In this document: positions 35,191 through 45,577 of the stretch, in pieces | How positions within the stretch are numbered: the stretch's first letter is position 1 | Layout of the letters: every line of letters begins with the position of its first letter | DNA from: an uncultured Gammaproteobacteria bacterium | GTDB lineage: Bacteria; Pseudomonadota; Gammaproteobacteria; Steroidobacterales; JABDMI01 | Assembly (NCBI GenBank): GCA_905479875.1 | Contig: CAJQOG010000153.1 | Coordinates: 1 to 58,801, forward strand | Direction: 5' to 3' | Length of the DNA: 58,801 nt | The notes under the pieces: model-generated | Told to the model about the DNA's origin: nothing | Seen by the model: only the letters and a program-made list of their open reading frames with translations | Databases searched by the model: none | Position numbers and translations under genes: made by a program

Positions 35191-36480
35191 TTATTTTTCT
35201 TCGTTTGAGTCTCTATTAATTCGTAAAGCTGTTTCTACGGGTGTCAATTCTGTTAACTCATTGCTGGTATTAATACCCATATCTTTAAACTTACGTGCGC
35301 CAGGTAAAACGGAACGTTCTAATGAGCCTACTGCATCATTATAGGCTTTATTGCTGCGTTCTAGGTTTTTCCCAATATTTGAGATATGGGTGGTAAAGGT
35401 ATTCAAGCGTTTATATAAGTCTTCAGCAATCTTGCGTATGTTCTCAGCGTTTTTTGCTAATTCTACTTGTCGCCATCCGTAAGATATGGTTTTAAGTAGG
35501 GCGATTAAGCTATTAGGTGTTGCTAGAATAACGTTTTGTTTCAGAGCTTCGTCAAACAAACTTGGATCTTTATCCAAGGCTGCCGATAAAAATTGTTCGC
35601 CCGGAATAAACATCACCACAAATTCTGGTGTATTGTGAATAGCTTCCCAGTATTGCTTTGAAGCGAGTTGTTTTATATGCGTTTTAATGTGCTGTACATG
35701 CCTAGACATGTGTGTATTGATTTCTTCATCAGTTGTGCTTTCTAGGGCATCTAAATAGGCTTGGAGAGGGGTTTTTGCATCAACTATTATTTGTCTATCA
35801 TCAGGTAGAGAAACGACCATGTCGGGGCGCAATCGTTGTGCACCGTCTGTTGAGACTTGCTCTGTGAAATCACAATGCTGAACCATACCTGCCACCTCAA
35901 CAACTCGTTTTAAGGTTTGTTCTCCCCATAAACCGCGTACTTGCGGTTTGCGTAATGCGTTGACCAGATTGCGGGTTTCAGATTGCAGCGTATTTTGCGT
36001 GCTACGCAATTCCACAAGCTCTTGCTTTAGCTGGCCAAAACTTTCATGACGTGTTTTTTCAATATTCCCAATCTGTTGTTCGGTTTTTTTCAAAGCTTCA
36101 GCAATTGGATTGAGTAGGTTTTGAATTGAAAGTTGACGTTTTTCTAAATCAGAACTCGCATATTGCTGCTGGTTATTTAGTTTTTGTGTGGCGAGTTGTA
36201 AAAATTGATTATTGTTTTTTGTTAGCGATTGATTGGCAAGATCATGAAAAGCATTTTCTAATTGCTCTCTAGCAAGCTCTAAGGCGTTATCACGTTCCTC
36301 ATCTAAATCGTCTTGGCTTTTAAGTTTGGCTTCTGCGATTATGCGTTTTTCTTTTTCAACACTGAGCGTCTTAGTAGCATAAAGACTTCGAATAAGTAAA
36401 CCTAAGAGTAGGCCTACTAATAAACCAATACCTAGGGCAATCAGTAAATTTGGTGTCAGGGTTATTTCTGAAAAATTCAT
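35191..36480 (-). CDS. rmuC: DNA recombination protein RmuC
   Basis: An N-terminal TM helix, a long coiled coil and a C-terminal RmuC nuclease-like domain (GLWGEQTLKRVVE...PDMVV.LPD....VDAKTPL.AY...FVVMFIPGE). Confidence 0.88.
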   Translation of the reverse strand: MNFSEITLTPNLLIALGIGLLVGLLLGLLIRSLYATKTLSVEKEKRIIAEAKLKSQDDLDEERDNALELAREQLENAFHDLANQSLTKNNNQFLQLATQKLNNQQQYASSDLEKRQLSIQNLLNPIAEALKKTEQQIGNIEKTRHESFGQLKQELVELRSTQNTLQSETRNLVNALRKPQVRGLWGEQTLKRVVEVAGMVQHCDFTEQVSTDGAQRLRPDMVVSLPDDRQIIVDAKTPLQAYLDALESTTDEEINTHMSRHVQHIKTHIKQLASKQYWEAIHNTPEFVVMFIPGEQFLSAALDKDPSLFDEALKQNVILATPNSLIALLKTISYGWRQVELAKNAENIRKIAEDLYKRLNTFTTHISNIGKNLERSNKAYNDAVGSLERSVLPGARKFKDMGINTSNELTELTPVETALRINRDSNEEK

Positions 36481-36483
36481 TTA

Positions 36484-37161
36484 TTACTTAATAAGGTCTT
36501 TTAGTTCGTGCAATGAATCAATATGAGCATCAGCGCCCCAATCATAATGCGAATCTCCATCACGTACAAAACCATATCCGGCTGCAACGCTGTACATATC
36601 GGCATAATTGGCTGCCTCAATATCACGTATACAATCTCCTACATAGGCGGTATGTTGTGGAGCGGTTCCAATCTCACTTGCACCCAATAACACGCCTGAA
36701 GAGTAGGGCTTACGATTTGGCATTGTGTCGGCTGCAATTAAACATTGCCTGCCTTTAAGTTCATCAATATGTTCCAGCAAACTCACTGTGAGATAGGCGG
36801 GCTTATTAGTCACTATGCCCCACTTAATATTATCGTGAGTGAAATGTTCGATTAACTCATTAAAACCATCAAAGACTGATGTGTCTTGATAAATATTATC
36901 AGCGTAGGTCTCTAAATATTCTTTGCGTAATTTTAGAGCATCAAATTTTTTCCAGGCTTCTCCAAAACCAAACTCAAGAAGGGCGTTGGCACCATATGAA
37001 ACACAAGAACGTGCTGCAGATATTTCTACGCTTGGAAAGTCATAATTATTAAGAACCAAGTTCAAGGCATGAATCATATCGGGCGAAGTATCGAGCAGGG
37101 TTCCATCTAAATCAAAAAGAACACCAGTGATTGGTTTTTTCGGTTTTTTGTTTATGCTCAA
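36484..37161 (-). CDS. HAD-family phosphatase, phosphoglycolate phosphatase-like; likely MurNAc-6-phosphate phosphatase MupP by synteny
   Basis: HAD motif I is LFDLDGTLLDT, with further motifs VTNK and GD..RD. Its position next to ubiG corresponds to the mupP (PA3172) position I remember in Pseudomonas. Confidence 0.7.
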   Translation of the reverse strand: MSINKKPKKPITGVLFDLDGTLLDTSPDMIHALNLVLNNYDFPSVEISAARSCVSYGANALLEFGFGEAWKKFDALKLRKEYLETYADNIYQDTSVFDGFNELIEHFTHDNIKWGIVTNKPAYLTVSLLEHIDELKGRQCLIAADTMPNRKPYSSGVLLGASEIGTAPQHTAYVGDCIRDIEAANYADMYSVAAGYGFVRDGDSHYDWGADAHIDSLHELKDLIK

Positions 37162-37179
37162 AATAATGTGCTCTGTTGC

Positions 37180-37887
37180 TTAAGCAATTCGGTAGTGAGC
37201 TAAATAATTAACATCAACGCCATCACCTAGAGAATATAATCTAGCAATGGGGTCGTAATGCATGCCTGTAATATCTTGTAACTTTAAATCAGCTGTTAAA
37301 GCCCAACGATTGAGTTCAGATGGCTTTATAAATTTTTCATAGCTGTGTGTGCCTTTTGGTAGCATGTTTAATACATATTCAGCTCCGACAACAGCGAATA
37401 AAAAGGCTTTTGGATTGCGATTAATGGTAGAAAAGAAAACGTCGCCGTCTTTTTTGACCATATCTTTGCAGGCGGAAATTACTGAGCCAGGATCAGGTAC
37501 GTGTTCTAGCATTTCTAAACAAGTGACCACATCAAAGGCTTGTGCATTCTCTAAGGCAAACTCTTCAGCTGTAATTAATTGGTAATTAATATCCAAATCT
37601 GATTCTAAGCGATGCAGTTTGGCAACATTCAATGCTTTATCGCCCATGTCAATACCAGTAACTTCAGCACCTAGTTGTGCCATGGATTCTGTAAGAATGC
37701 CACCGCCGCAGCCAACATCTAAGACTTTTAAGCCTTGTAGCGGTCGACGAGTATTGATGTAATTTAAACGTAAAGGATTGATTTCATGCAAAGGTTTGAA
37801 ATCGCCTGTTTTGTCCCACCATTTGGCTGCTAAGTCATTAAATTTAGCGAGTTCATTGGGATCAAAGTTTTGTTGTGCGTTCTTCAT
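37180..37887 (-). CDS. ubiG: Bifunctional ubiquinone biosynthesis O-methyltransferase UbiG
   Basis: [19 protein letters not shown], and the SAM motif [13 protein letters not shown]. Confidence 0.94.
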   Translation of the reverse strand: MKNAQQNFDPNELAKFNDLAAKWWDKTGDFKPLHEINPLRLNYINTRRPLQGLKVLDVGCGGGILTESMAQLGAEVTGIDMGDKALNVAKLHRLESDLDINYQLITAEEFALENAQAFDVVTCLEMLEHVPDPGSVISACKDMVKKDGDVFFSTINRNPKAFLFAVVGAEYVLNMLPKGTHSYEKFIKPSELNRWALTADLKLQDITGMHYDPIARLYSLGDGVDVNYLAHYRIA

Positions 37888-37889
37888 AA

Positions 37890-39203
37890 TTATGGTGACT
37901 CTGTAAAGTTAGAATGCCATTTTTGTACATCTTCACTCAGTTCGGCTTCATCTAAATTAGTCAAAAGTTTCTGATTTAATAAATGTTTACCTGCTACCCA
38001 AACGTCACTTACCTGACTTGCACTGGCAGAATAAACAATTTGTGAAACGGGATTATGCACTGGTTGTGTATTTAATGCTGATAGATCAATGCAACAAATA
38101 TCGGCCCACTTATCAACTTCTAAACTACCAATTTCGTCGCCAAGTCCAAGTGCTTTGGCTCCATTAATTGTTGCCATTTCAATAGCCGTTTGTGCACTTA
38201 CAGCAGTTGCATCTTTTGCAACCACCTTGGCCAGCATTGCAGCGCTACGCATTTCGCCTAACATGTCATGATCATTGTTACTCGCTGCACCATCAGTGCC
38301 TAGAGCAACATTTACTCCGGCTTTAATCAATTTGTCTACTGGACAAAAACCTGAAGCTAATTTCATATTGGACTCAGGACAGTGCACAACGTTTACACCA
38401 TTATGGGCAAGTTTTTCAATTTCCTCATCAGAAAGTTCAGTCATGTGCACCGCAATTAAATCAGGAGAGAGTACGCCTAAATTTTCCATGCGCTGCATTG
38501 GTCTTTGCCCGGTTTTTTCTACACTATCGGAAACTTCAGATTCAGTTTCATGTAAATGTATATGAATAGGTTTTTCTAATTCATATGCTGTAGCAACAAT
38601 ACGTTTAAAATTATCATCATTAACGGTGTAGGGTGCATGTGGTGCAAACACGGTTGAAATTAATGGGTCCGTTTTGTATTCGTCAGAAACAGCTAAACCT
38701 TTTTCAAAATACTCATCGGCGTTACTGGCCCATGCACTTGGAAAATCAATCACAATCATTCCAACGGTGGCTCGCATGCCCAAGTCTGAGGCTGTTCGTG
38801 CCACCACATCTGGATAAAAATACATATCATGGAAACAAGTGGTACCTGACTTTAACATCTCTGCGATTCCTAATTGTGTGCCTAAGCGCATGAACTCGGG
38901 ATTTATTTGACTCGCTTCGGCAGGCCAAATATGGTCGTTTAACCAAGTCATTAAAGGTAGGTCATCGGCTAAGCCACGGAATAAACTCATTGCGATATGT
39001 GTATGAGCATTAATCAGGCCCGGCATGACCACGTGATTGGATCTCTCAATAATGTGTCTTGCAGAGTATTTTTCAGCTGCTTCATCAATTGGCAAAAGAT
39101 CAATTATCCTTCCATGTTCGATTGCAATGGAGTGATTTTCAAGGACTTTGAACTCGGGAGCTACTGGTAAAACCCAGCGTGCGTTTATTAATGTATCAAT
39201 CAT
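37890..39203 (-). CDS. mtaD: Amidohydrolase of the TRZ/ATZ family, likely 5'-methylthioadenosine/S-adenosylhomocysteine deaminase
   Basis: [39 protein letters not shown]. Its position beside ubiG and mtnA corresponds to Pseudomonas PA3170. Confidence 0.85.
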   Translation of the reverse strand: MIDTLINARWVLPVAPEFKVLENHSIAIEHGRIIDLLPIDEAAEKYSARHIIERSNHVVMPGLINAHTHIAMSLFRGLADDLPLMTWLNDHIWPAEASQINPEFMRLGTQLGIAEMLKSGTTCFHDMYFYPDVVARTASDLGMRATVGMIVIDFPSAWASNADEYFEKGLAVSDEYKTDPLISTVFAPHAPYTVNDDNFKRIVATAYELEKPIHIHLHETESEVSDSVEKTGQRPMQRMENLGVLSPDLIAVHMTELSDEEIEKLAHNGVNVVHCPESNMKLASGFCPVDKLIKAGVNVALGTDGAASNNDHDMLGEMRSAAMLAKVVAKDATAVSAQTAIEMATINGAKALGLGDEIGSLEVDKWADICCIDLSALNTQPVHNPVSQIVYSASASQVSDVWVAGKHLLNQKLLTNLDEAELSEDVQKWHSNFTESP

Positions 39204-39382
39204 GAATTTATATATTCTTTAGGTGCAAATCTCTAGTTGTTTTATCGCGCTACAAATTTTGTTAAATAGGGTTTTATTTAATGGACAATTATCCTTAAGC
39301 GAATTATAGTCTGTTGTACGGTCTTTTAGCTATTTATGCCATTGAATTTGCTAATTATAGTCCTTAAAAAATCAAACCCACT

Positions 39383-39408
39383 GAGACATGCGCATGTCTC
39401 TTTTTTTT
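39383..39408 (+). terminator. Terminator-like hairpin plus U8 tract in the thrA leader (candidate attenuator)
   Basis: Perfect palindrome gagacatgcgcatgtctc (39383-39400: 7-bp stem, GCGC loop) followed by tttttttt (39401-39408). It lies 31 nt upstream of the thrA ATG, and no upstream plus-strand gene needs terminating. Confidence 0.6.
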
Positions 39409-39439
39409 GCTTTATGTTTTACGAAGTTGTTCAATAATA

Positions 39440-41938
39440 ATGTCTGATAAGAACTCAAATCCTAACACTTGGTTAGTACAAAAATTCGGCGGCTCTGCAC
39501 TTAGAGAGGCCACTTCACTGCATGCAATAGCTGATATTGTGCAATCACAGCGTCCACAACATCGTGTAGCAGTAATCACTTCTGCTTTATATGGTGTAAC
39601 AGATGCTTTAGAAAATTGCATTCGAGTTGCCTTAACTAGCGATGATGATTTTAGTAATTTATTAGATGATTTACATCAATTGCATAAAGATTGTATTGCT
39701 TCTCTTAAATTACCTGAGCAAGTTGCTAAAGTATTACTTGAAACTATTGCGCAAAACATGGCTGAGATTGCTCAGAAGCTCAATGGTATCCGTATGTTGG
39801 GACGTTATCCTGATACGACTCGTGCTGAAATTTTAGTAGTTGGTGAGCTGCTGTCTAGTCAAATTCTGGCTGCAATTTTGTCTAAACGAGGACTAATTGT
39901 TCAATGGGGAAATCCTGAGTTGATAAAAGCCAGTGAAGAAACTGCTACTCGATCTCCATTAAGTGCCAGCTTTGATGTTGAAAAAACTCGCAAACACCTA
40001 CAGGCAGCAATTTTAGATCAAACCGAAGTTGTTGTGATTCCAGGCTTTGTGGCAAGTTCTGCTGATAACACCATCGTAACTCTAGGGCGTAACGGTTCAG
40101 ATTATTCTGCAGCAGGTATTGCAGCTTCTTTATCCGCAGTTAGTTGCCAAATTTGGAAAGATGTAGATGGCATTTACACTGCGGATCCACGCATTGTTCC
40201 AAATAGCCAACTTCTGCATGAGGTTAGTTATACCGAGGCGATGGAGTTGTCTTATTTTGGTGCAAAAGTAATTAATGCCAAAGCCTTGCTGCCTTTGACT
40301 CTACATAAGATTAATTGTGAAATTAAAAATTTTGAAAAACCAGAAGAAAAAGGCACTTTAGTACATGCAGAGCCTTCTTTGGATAGCGAAAAGAAAGTTA
40401 AAGGCGTTACTCACTTAGATAATGTCAGTGTTGTAACTTTAAAAGGTATGGGGCTGCGCGGCATGGTTGGTTTTGCTAGACGCGTTTCGGATGCGCTAGC
40501 TAGGCAAGATATTTCTATATTGCTAATTGTGCAATCGTCTAGTGAATATAGTTTAACTTTATGCGTAGCATCGGAAGATTCTGAGCAAGCTAAGAAAGCA
40601 TTAGATATAGAATTCTTTTTTGAGTTGGAACAACATTTAGTTGAGCCTATTCAATTACAACATCGTCGTTCTGTGGTTTCATTGGTTGGTGATGGTATGA
40701 AACATCAACGAGGTTTAGCGGCACGATTTTTACAAGCTATTGCCTCAGCTCGAATCAATGTAGAAATTCTTGCTCAAGGCTCAACCGAAAGCGCAATTGC
40801 CGTTGTGGTAGATCATAAAGTTGCTCCTTTAGCAGTCAAGGCCACGCATGCGGCTTTTTTTAGCGAACTATTACCAGTGGACGTTATCCTTTTGGGCTGC
40901 GGTAATGTTGGCACAGAGTTGTTGGCACAAATCCAACGTCAGCAAGAATCACTTAAAAAACAACAAATTGGTTTACGGGTAAGGGCGATTGCAAATAGTC
41001 GCAAACTTTTACATTCTGCCGAGAGTATTGATTTAGAACATTGGAAAGAGCAAGTTGAAAACAATGGTGATACTTATACATTTGCTGATGTAATCGCCTT
41101 GCAGCAGAAATATGGCTTGTTAAATCCAGTAATTGTTGACTGCTCTAGTAACCCGGAATTAGGCCTGCAATATGCAAACTTTTTAAATGCTGGCTTTCAC
41201 GTAGTTGCTGCGAATAAAAAAGCCAATACCGATTCACAAGCTTACTATCAAGAAATGCGTACAGCGGCAAACAATAATTTTAGAAAGTTTCTTTATGAAA
41301 CTAATGTGGGCGCAGGTTTGCCGTTATTAGATAATTTGCAGTCCTTAATTCGATCTGGTGATACTTTACAGGGCTTCCAAGGAATTCTTTCTGGTTCTTT
41401 GTCGTTAATCATGGGCTTATTACAAGACGGCTTGAGTTTTTCAGATGCTGTCCTTAAAGCTAAAGAGATGGGTTTCACCGAGCCTGACCCACGTGATGAT
41501 TTATCAGGAATGGATGTGGCACGTAAGCTACTTATCATTGCAAGAGAAGTGGGTTTGCAAATGGAACTGGCGGATATTAGTGTTGAGGCCTTAACTCCTG
41601 CAAGTTTTAATGACTTGAGTGTAGAAGAAATGTTAGTTGCGCTACCTAATTTAAATGATGATATTCAAAAACGTATAGACGCTGCGAAGTCAGGAAATAA
41701 AATTTTACGCTATGTGGGCAGTTTAAAAGATGGTAAATGTCATGTTGGTATTGAAGCCGTATTAGCAAGTGATCCACTAGCTGGCGTACGAGATGGAGAA
41801 AACGTATTAGTTCTAAATACCAGCTACTACAATCCAATCCCATTAGTTTTACGTGGTTATGGAGCCGGTGCTGCCGTAACAGCTGCTGGCGTGTTTGGTG
41901 ACATTCTAAGAACAATTCGCGGCCCAGCTGATAGATAA
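39440..41938 (+). CDS. thrA: Bifunctional aspartokinase / homoserine dehydrogenase
   Basis: KFGGSAL aspartokinase N-terminus, TLGRNGSDYSA, ACT repeats, and a homoserine dehydrogenase half (LLGCGNVGTEL...). I prefer the ATG at 39440 over the upstream TTG at 39407, which lies inside the U-tract. Confidence 0.95.
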   Translation: MSDKNSNPNTWLVQKFGGSALREATSLHAIADIVQSQRPQHRVAVITSALYGVTDALENCIRVALTSDDDFSNLLDDLHQLHKDCIASLKLPEQVAKVLLETIAQNMAEIAQKLNGIRMLGRYPDTTRAEILVVGELLSSQILAAILSKRGLIVQWGNPELIKASEETATRSPLSASFDVEKTRKHLQAAILDQTEVVVIPGFVASSADNTIVTLGRNGSDYSAAGIAASLSAVSCQIWKDVDGIYTADPRIVPNSQLLHEVSYTEAMELSYFGAKVINAKALLPLTLHKINCEIKNFEKPEEKGTLVHAEPSLDSEKKVKGVTHLDNVSVVTLKGMGLRGMVGFARRVSDALARQDISILLIVQSSSEYSLTLCVASEDSEQAKKALDIEFFFELEQHLVEPIQLQHRRSVVSLVGDGMKHQRGLAARFLQAIASARINVEILAQGSTESAIAVVVDHKVAPLAVKATHAAFFSELLPVDVILLGCGNVGTELLAQIQRQQESLKKQQIGLRVRAIANSRKLLHSAESIDLEHWKEQVENNGDTYTFADVIALQQKYGLLNPVIVDCSSNPELGLQYANFLNAGFHVVAANKKANTDSQAYYQEMRTAANNNFRKFLYETNVGAGLPLLDNLQSLIRSGDTLQGFQGILSGSLSLIMGLLQDGLSFSDAVLKAKEMGFTEPDPRDDLSGMDVARKLLIIAREVGLQMELADISVEALTPASFNDLSVEEMLVALPNLNDDIQKRIDAAKSGNKILRYVGSLKDGKCHVGIEAVLASDPLAGVRDGENVLVLNTSYYNPIPLVLRGYGAGAAVTAAGVFGDILRTIRGPADR

Positions 41939-41959
41939 ATAAATGAACATATTACTGAC

Positions 41960-42901
41960 ATGAAAAAAATATCAATTTTTGCACCAGCTTCTATAGGTAA
42001 TGTATCTGTTGGCTTTGATTTGCTTGGCCTGGCGGTTACTAGCAAGCAACAGGACCTCGGTGATGTGGTTAGTGTTGAGTTAGCGGATGAAAATGCTTTA
42101 CATATTGAGGGTGATTACGCACATGTATTGACTTGTGAGCCAAAAGATAATTTGGTGTGGACGGCTTTAGAAAAATTTAATCAATATATTGAGCAAAATA
42201 CTCAAGTTACAATTCAGACGGTAAAGCTCACTTTAAATAAAAAGCTACCAATTTGTTCGGGCTTGGGTTCAAGTGGAACATCAGTGGTCGCCTCATGTAT
42301 GGCTTTAAATGACTTTTACAATAAACCGCTAAGTGAGTTAGATTTACTAGAACTTATGGGGCAGTGTGAAGCAGGTGCTAGTGGTAGTGTGCATTACGAT
42401 AACATTGCGCCAACTTATTTAGGTGGATTACGTTTATGTGATTCAGCTTGTAGTAAAACATCGGTATTGCCGTGGCCCAAAGAGTGGTCATTAATTTTGG
42501 CATATTCTGGTGTTGATGTGCCCACTGCACAAGCGCGACAGGCTTTGCCTGATACCTACCCTCGTTCAATCGTGATTCAACAGATGCAATATCTGGCACA
42601 TTTTGTAGATGCGCTTCACCAAAATGAATTAGCAAGAGCAGCATGCAATGTTCAAGACTTGATAGCCGAGCCATATCGTAGCCCATTTTTACCATATTTT
42701 GATGAAGTTACAAGAACCCTCCAGAATAAGTACAAGGTCTTGGCGAGCGGAATTTCTGGCTCTGGACCGACAATATTTGCAATTGTGGATGACTCTATTG
42801 ATAAAGAAGCTGTCAAAGAATATCTAGAAAAAGAATACTGCCAAGACAATGGTTTTGTTGTGTTGGCAAATTGCGATCACCAAGGCGCGCGACAAATATA
42901 A
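41960..42901 (+). CDS. thrB: Homoserine kinase
   Basis: FAPASIGNVSVGFDLLG and the GHMP motif PICSGLGSSGTS. Confidence 0.95.
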   Translation: MKKISIFAPASIGNVSVGFDLLGLAVTSKQQDLGDVVSVELADENALHIEGDYAHVLTCEPKDNLVWTALEKFNQYIEQNTQVTIQTVKLTLNKKLPICSGLGSSGTSVVASCMALNDFYNKPLSELDLLELMGQCEAGASGSVHYDNIAPTYLGGLRLCDSACSKTSVLPWPKEWSLILAYSGVDVPTAQARQALPDTYPRSIVIQQMQYLAHFVDALHQNELARAACNVQDLIAEPYRSPFLPYFDEVTRTLQNKYKVLASGISGSGPTIFAIVDDSIDKEAVKEYLEKEYCQDNGFVVLANCDHQGARQI

Positions 42902-42959
42902 GAGCGGCCTACTCGATAGGCTTTACAGATAGCTAACATAATGAATTGAAGCAGTGTAT

Positions 42960-44225
42960 ATGCAATATTTTAATCTAAAAGAACCGTCTCAAATAGTAAG
43001 TTTTAGTGAAGCGATTCAGCTGGGCTTAGGCAATAAGCAGGGCTTATTTATGCCTACTGAAATTCCTGAATTTTTTGATCGGCGTATAATTGAGCTGCTT
43101 AATATGCCCTTTGCAGAGCGTAGTGTTGAAATTTTGGCGCCATATCTTGCACCAGAATTCGATTACGATGAAGTCAAAGAAATCGTTCATGACGCATTTA
43201 ATTTTGAAATTAAACTTGAGAGTGTTAATGAAAGTAAAAATCAACATGTACTTGAGTTGTTTCATGGGCCTTCATTAGCATTTAAAGATTTTGGAGCACG
43301 GTTTTTAGCGCGTTGTTTGAGTAAAGTATTAGGCTCAAATGACACAACCATATTAACTGCTACCTCGGGAGATACTGGTGCGGCCGTGGCGCATGCTTTT
43401 TATGCCGTGGATAATGTACGCGTGATTATTCTTTATCCCAAAGGTAAAGTTGCTCCCTTACAAGAAAAACTATTCAGTACGCTTGGTTATAATATTGAAA
43501 CTCTTGCGGTAGACGGTGATTTTGATGCTTGCCAAGCCTTGGTCAAGCAAGCTTTTTCAGACGAGAAATTACGTGAAGCGGTTCCAATCAGTTCAGCAAA
43601 TTCAATAAATATTGCACGTTTGCTGGCTCAAGTTTGTTATTACTTTGAAATAATAGCTCAGCACCCTCAAGTAAATAATGTGTGTGTGCCTAGTGGTAAT
43701 TTTGGCAACTTAACAGCAGGACTTATTGCTAAAGTTATGGGCTTGCCTTTGCAAAAATTTATGGCAGCAACCAATGCTAACGATACCGTGCCGCGTTTTT
43801 TACAAGATGGTACGTGGGCACCAAATCCAACGATAGCAACTGTAACCAATGCGATGGATGTAGCGCAGCCAAATAATTTCCCACGAGTTGAGTATCTTGC
43901 ACGTGCTTATGGTTTTAAATTTAACCAAACTATTTTTTCAAAATCCGTCACGGATACACAAACCAAAGCAGCGGTTAAAATTTTACATTCAAATGGTTAC
44001 CTAGCTGATCCACATACTGCTTTAGGCATATTTGCCAGTCGTGAATGGGAAAATGTGGCAACTTTGGGTACCGCTCATCCTGCAAAATTTTTAGAAGTCC
44101 TAACAGAGCAGGGTATTATTGTTGATTTACCTCCTGCGATAGCAAAAGTCGAAGATAAGCAAAGTCTAGCGATAGATATGGCTAATGACTATATTGCGTT
44201 TAGGGAATATTTGAAAGAAGCTTAA
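42960..44225 (+). CDS. thrC: Threonine synthase
   Basis: The N-terminus MQYFNLKE resembles the E. coli MKLYNLKD. It has the PLP-lysine motif SLAFKDFGARF and TSGDTGAA. A GTG at 42954 is an alternative start. Confidence 0.94.
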   Translation: MQYFNLKEPSQIVSFSEAIQLGLGNKQGLFMPTEIPEFFDRRIIELLNMPFAERSVEILAPYLAPEFDYDEVKEIVHDAFNFEIKLESVNESKNQHVLELFHGPSLAFKDFGARFLARCLSKVLGSNDTTILTATSGDTGAAVAHAFYAVDNVRVIILYPKGKVAPLQEKLFSTLGYNIETLAVDGDFDACQALVKQAFSDEKLREAVPISSANSINIARLLAQVCYYFEIIAQHPQVNNVCVPSGNFGNLTAGLIAKVMGLPLQKFMAATNANDTVPRFLQDGTWAPNPTIATVTNAMDVAQPNNFPRVEYLARAYGFKFNQTIFSKSVTDTQTKAAVKILHSNGYLADPHTALGIFASREWENVATLGTAHPAKFLEVLTEQGIIVDLPPAIAKVEDKQSLAIDMANDYIAFREYLKEA

Positions 44226-44244
44226 TTTTTCATTAAATTTATTT

Positions 44245-45297
44245 ATGTATTCTGATTTTTCACCCATACGTTGGAAAAATAACTGTCTAGAGTTATTGGA
44301 TCAGCGTTTATTGCCTGATAAAGAAGTTTGGTGGACGCATGAGTTTCCTGAAGCTACTGCAAGAGCTATTAGCGATATGATGGTAAGAGGGGCTCCTGCA
44401 ATTGGAATTACTGCTGCTTACGGCGTAGCCTTGGCTTGTATGCAGCTTGCAAAGTCGACCAATGCTGATTGGCGTGGCAAATTGAATAAAGATCTAGAGT
44501 TACTAGCACAATCACGCCCTACAGCAGTTAATTTGTTTTGGGCCCTAGAGCGCATGCAAACTGTGCTAAAAAGTGCTGCAAGCCCATCACGAGCTTTTAC
44601 ACTTGCCTTAAATGAAGCTAAAGCTATTCATCAAGAAGACTACCGAATGAATCTTGCAATCGGTGAATTTGGTTCTTCCTTATTGCCTAAAGAAGCCAAT
44701 GTACTTACTCATTGTAATACTGGTGCTTTAGCCACAGGAGGTCATGGAACAGCGCTTGGAGTTATTCGTACGGCATGGGGTAAAGGAAATTTGAAGCATG
44801 TTTATGCTAATGAAACTCGTCCTTGGTTGCAAGGTTCGCGTTTAACAATATGGGAATTATTAAGGGAAAATATTCCATGTACTTTGCAGGCTGATTCAGC
44901 AGCGGCATTGTTAATGAAGACTAAAAAAATTGATTGGGTAATTGTCGGCGCCGACAGAATTGCAGCTAATGGTGACACGGCAAATAAGATTGGCACCTAT
45001 TCTTTGGCCTTGTTGGCTAAAGCCCATGGAGTAAAATTTATGGTTGCGGCTCCCACAACTACAATTGATATGGCGCTCGGGTCTGGAAACTTAATCACAA
45101 TTGAAGAGAGAGAAACAGGTGAACTGTGGCGAGCTGCGAGTCAGGCCGATGCTCCAGAAAAATTGAATTTTCATAACCCAGTATTTGATGTTACACCTGC
45201 TAATTTGATTGATGCGATTGTAACTGAAAAAGGTATTGCAAAATCGAATGGTAATGGTGAGTTTAATAATGCTATTTCGGTGTGGTTCTCCGCATAG
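44245..45297 (+). CDS. mtnA: S-methyl-5-thioribose-1-phosphate isomerase
   Basis: eIF-2B-alpha/beta/delta-like family motifs: VRGAPAIG, SRPTAVNL, THCNTGALAT, ETRPWLQGSRLT, GADRIAANGDTANKIGTY. Confidence 0.93.
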   Translation: MYSDFSPIRWKNNCLELLDQRLLPDKEVWWTHEFPEATARAISDMMVRGAPAIGITAAYGVALACMQLAKSTNADWRGKLNKDLELLAQSRPTAVNLFWALERMQTVLKSAASPSRAFTLALNEAKAIHQEDYRMNLAIGEFGSSLLPKEANVLTHCNTGALATGGHGTALGVIRTAWGKGNLKHVYANETRPWLQGSRLTIWELLRENIPCTLQADSAAALLMKTKKIDWVIVGADRIAANGDTANKIGTYSLALLAKAHGVKFMVAAPTTTIDMALGSGNLITIEERETGELWRAASQADAPEKLNFHNPVFDVTPANLIDAIVTEKGIAKSNGNGEFNNAISVWFSA

Positions 45298-45577
45298 GTT
45301 TAAGGTGTTTTTTCATTAGAAATCAGTGTGGTTATTTATATCCTCTAATCTTAATTTACTCGTACGAGAGAGGCGTTTTTTTGTTATAATCAACCGCTAA
45401 ATTAGTAAGATAAAATTCAATCTAAACAGGTACTTAAGAATCTTCCATAAGCGCCTGTTTTTGTTTATAAAAACAAAATTTTCTTACGAATAAAAAAACA
45501 CCAATTTTGAGTTATGGGATGCCTAAGAATTAGGCTGAAAAAACTAGTGTAAAAATTGACTAAAAAACGGATAAAAA

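Noticed and set aside
45298-45577. The 280-nt mtnA-gyrA spacer, with a 10-nt palindrome (ctcgtacgag) and a weak long-loop hairpin followed by a T-run.
   Set aside because: The stems are short or have loops longer than 20 nt. Nothing distinguishes them from chance in AT-rich DNA. The spacer most likely holds the gyrA promoter region only.
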